Origin: Zancudomyces culisetae HAW-14-8
Lineage: Eukaryota > Fungi > Kickxellomycota
Direction: 5' to 3'
Assembly (NCBI GenBank): GCA_052426225.1
Contig: JBNJNM010000021.1
Location: forward strand, 1,984,001-2,048,000
Length of the DNA: 64,000 bases
Below, piece after piece: positions 63,501 through 64,000 of the stretch (its first letter is position 1; every line of letters begins with the position of its first letter). A model generated the notes under the pieces. It did not search any database. It was not told the origin of the DNA and saw only the letters and a list, made by a program, of their open reading frames with translations. The translations under genes and the position numbers were made by a program.

Positions 63501-64000
63501 TCCATATCCAAACCTAATTGGATTTCTTGTTCTTTTTGTAGTGTACTCTCCTTAATTCCATCATAATATCCTTTCAATATATTATACATCTGCTTATACA
63601 CACTCTCTCGTACCTGAGCAAATCCACTCTGATCTGTTGCTAAAAGTATCTTTACGATTCCCGAAACTTCTTTACGAATATACATCAAATCACTATTAAT
63701 CATTACACAAATCGCACTTGCCACCACTTGTTTAACCATTTCATTGACCTTTTCTCCTCCATTTGCTTCCTTGTTCCGGGAATCTTTTGTTCCAACAACC
63801 AAACTTTTTGCTCTAACTGCCATTCTCGTCATCAAGTTTGTCTTTTCTTTTGATGTTTCCACCTTGTCTCGCATCTCCAACATTTCTTCTGTCTCTTCAA
63901 TCAACTTTTTCGCCTCTCCAAACTGCTCAAACTGTCCCTGTACCAATCCTCCATTTTGGTACTCTCCTTCCATCATTTCCTTAATTATCCAAACCAACAC
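57524..64000 (-). CDS. UTP20: U3 snoRNP-associated HEAT-repeat protein Utp20, 5'-truncated by the window edge
   Basis: Very long helical ORF; FENIIHIQHYRKIRAL, RILFGRL, C-terminal ENPTAFAKHKQHK. Confidence 0.85.
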   Translation of the reverse strand: MLVWIIKEMMEGEYQNGGLVQGQFEQFGEAKKLIEETEEMLEMRDKVETSKEKTNLMTRMAVRAKSLVVGTKDSRNKEANGGEKVNEMVKQVVASAICVMINSDLMYIRKEVSGIVKILLATDQSGFAQVRESVYKQMYNILKGYYDGIKESTLQKEQEIQLGLDMDIDIDMDMNEDEDEDVNMNVDMDQVVVEQKEVKEKGEKEEQEQQVENIQLKVKKIKKYLEGHEYNDGYENKFQQVYKNASNWRESMGETQKEERDKQENVIIDSVIDLLRENIPMVKGHMGEIEQEFLPVERNNRRIAMYIEMFRLAKIKKVEIRRLAMDKLSNGDKEVQEKSFEYLTEYYDLGSSQTESMKRILDIKTMKEELQKYQPKEIAVDSEEDEKEYGGKIVVEIVCRILFGRLVSREGNRTNKSDTKIKRSAIVGFILRMEEFAGVYVGKMIELMVEGNKKQDESKLKNIYIMVEKLGNKMDDSTIEMIMEFMVEIIERDVQMYGKEKEKENSKMIHRIFTELILQNRLTDQYKDCVVQKVIMPKMSRFELENTQNESSLLELIKSIIENIDIPILESNNTNNDDDDNNKQSRYWLIGDTTVVNKLIALIGGVKVNAAVVQIVVNITELMLHNLDSNNINALLANINIYITAIQAKNLSTNAMAQRLIRLMTMVVRYSIETNLAVIDLDAINTGLELVIRVTHAEKMSSEAIELVFCIYNYYVNVAGFVAADLYLRDQANKLAEDMFSLLQNKQDRMTLVKIYALLNPDHKVTIDLLTKLNAVIIKGKRVMLDYEQRAAGFEDVMSVADGITETLVPVFYTLVYMLAYERVDDESNMIGGGAGGGGGKLDIKVDLGDNSMFKTNAGHLIVTKFIETNRLDVEFVAKYFLSKIVFSSGISNKSSVVRNEFVKIVKSLVLNEQYRQIEQIKRIYEYFGSSDTDVEYYFENIIHIQHYRKIRALSKFNSLLSPNNNVDSVLQTVFIPLHQALLFTSNNVDLTNELIKNLDLISTTLTFSAYLRLVTSLLFQLALPNNVNNGTFLRLVYKVLDNYTPNSNREIQNETSKEKERAIVNSHHVILRKINQLIFSKNGIQVTEPNKIPFCYYYVVIQTSVTFSVNGKDSDLELGKFLMQYSSLFKTYIREKSVIKQLRQPLYKISAFLGPKYLWFLISNLQTNLDSAKRSQQKHEFIYLVSKLLFYLKPNTGDLDYCFDHLTPILTTNVFHYPKLLSTFEYLPLHCDLRLVFNNLLPVLHEFLLSSRRNTTITIEKVLTHLTVGITSKLANTNTITNVDVDVDMNTDNNNNNNDNVVDNVVDINSTVGGFVYSLIFKNYNNDQLHLLAEFGLNILMSHDFMDNVTTEKGIQRLEIVGNCLFSKFDNVINQSLKLLSTSFFNKCIKQDTTNKYITVIVKRCIQLLKTFKNSATNQTNFSILRLLTNILLTSSMLNVASLDFLLDFIIMNNSTISTTNVNVEFLSINLNLFNAILAIIASSSQQQQQQQKQQQSKYKPLLAKANLIINDFVKPNCIANHNASFRAKCQSIYISYLTLFFYHSNLLSHADFIAHHLSFLCQNLIDYSLSAGRLSSLSLLDQLIKLLPSSILANNDICSVLFVSLNVSLTDSAAIPTNTLSYFYNNVLLKKQDQNSAFAHCFELLKLWSSSNFTAPSNHNIQNDLKFLLVALKSFNVLLSPNLFSIFVNNIPNNQEYLEYILNLLTDILSVSIFILYEHTLNNSNANNDNNNNIDFDFDLDNTTNTNNTTATATATATANPLLHPFISLEFWSVYSLTALKIIHSIISLSPNTNSSRLDQLIVLHLDFPNIHIKTIVANILLLQYNSRSPINSSPLKPLSTSTSTSNSTSTSLFNSLFTSQQFLSYLSTLSSQNPKHFAIYQPISSSPLYYYNLNTLNFISIKSINALKHYASLSSPFAESNDNINIITPLYTLLSSLLSLYHSTDSPSFLSYINKLIKLSLSELYKTPVSISFRYYSFQLLSPFVNPATPDLNNTLITPIYKSFLSLDHHISQKTPQHLGLISKKKYSSSNNNNNTNTNTNTSANANTDGDVNSADADLDASYKFLVELLDSFKSTLTPPVYNSIIHSTSLQIKLKSSSRKSKIAAFKLENPTAFAKHKQHKLLLKKSKAKKRSNPDYSPDLDLSSSFSKKPKSH

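Noticed and set aside
1-64000. U12-type (AT-AC or GTATCCTT) introns, tRNA genes or rRNA genes
   Set aside because: Occurrences of RTATCCTT that I saw are not at exon boundaries; no cloverleaf or rRNA signature was recognised by eye

Overview
AT-rich, intron-containing eukaryotic DNA, most likely from an early-diverging fungus. The gene repertoire and the F-box-like/ankyrin family suggest Zoopagomycota, for example a Harpellales insect-gut fungus; this is an inference and was not verified. The window alternates two compartments. Accessory regions (about 1-21.8 kb and 42-49 kb) hold a decayed Ty3/Gypsy chromovirus with its 3' LTR, older retroelement debris, two small secreted Cys-rich protein genes (one with an in-frame TGA), an F-box-like/ankyrin pseudogene plus an intact paralog, and an atypical cytochrome P450. 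Compact housekeeping blocks (22-42 kb and 49-64 kb) encode CHERP-like, eIF3L, GPN1, BFR2/AATF, a KH/FUBP-like protein, MAK10, SCD6/LSM14, CDC50, MOG1, HOP2, C2CD5-like and UTP20. The most striking observations are: (1) kilobase-scale G/purine versus C/pyrimidine strand-skew domains that ignore transcription direction, flip inside single ORFs and track protein composition; (2) an LTR built largely from a tandem row of about 10 hairpins; (3) convergent HOP2 and C2CD5-like genes with 0 bp between their stop codons; (4) a cationic CxxxCxxxC helical-hairpin secreted precursor. Exon coordinates were read by hand and, where stated, checked for frame consistency.
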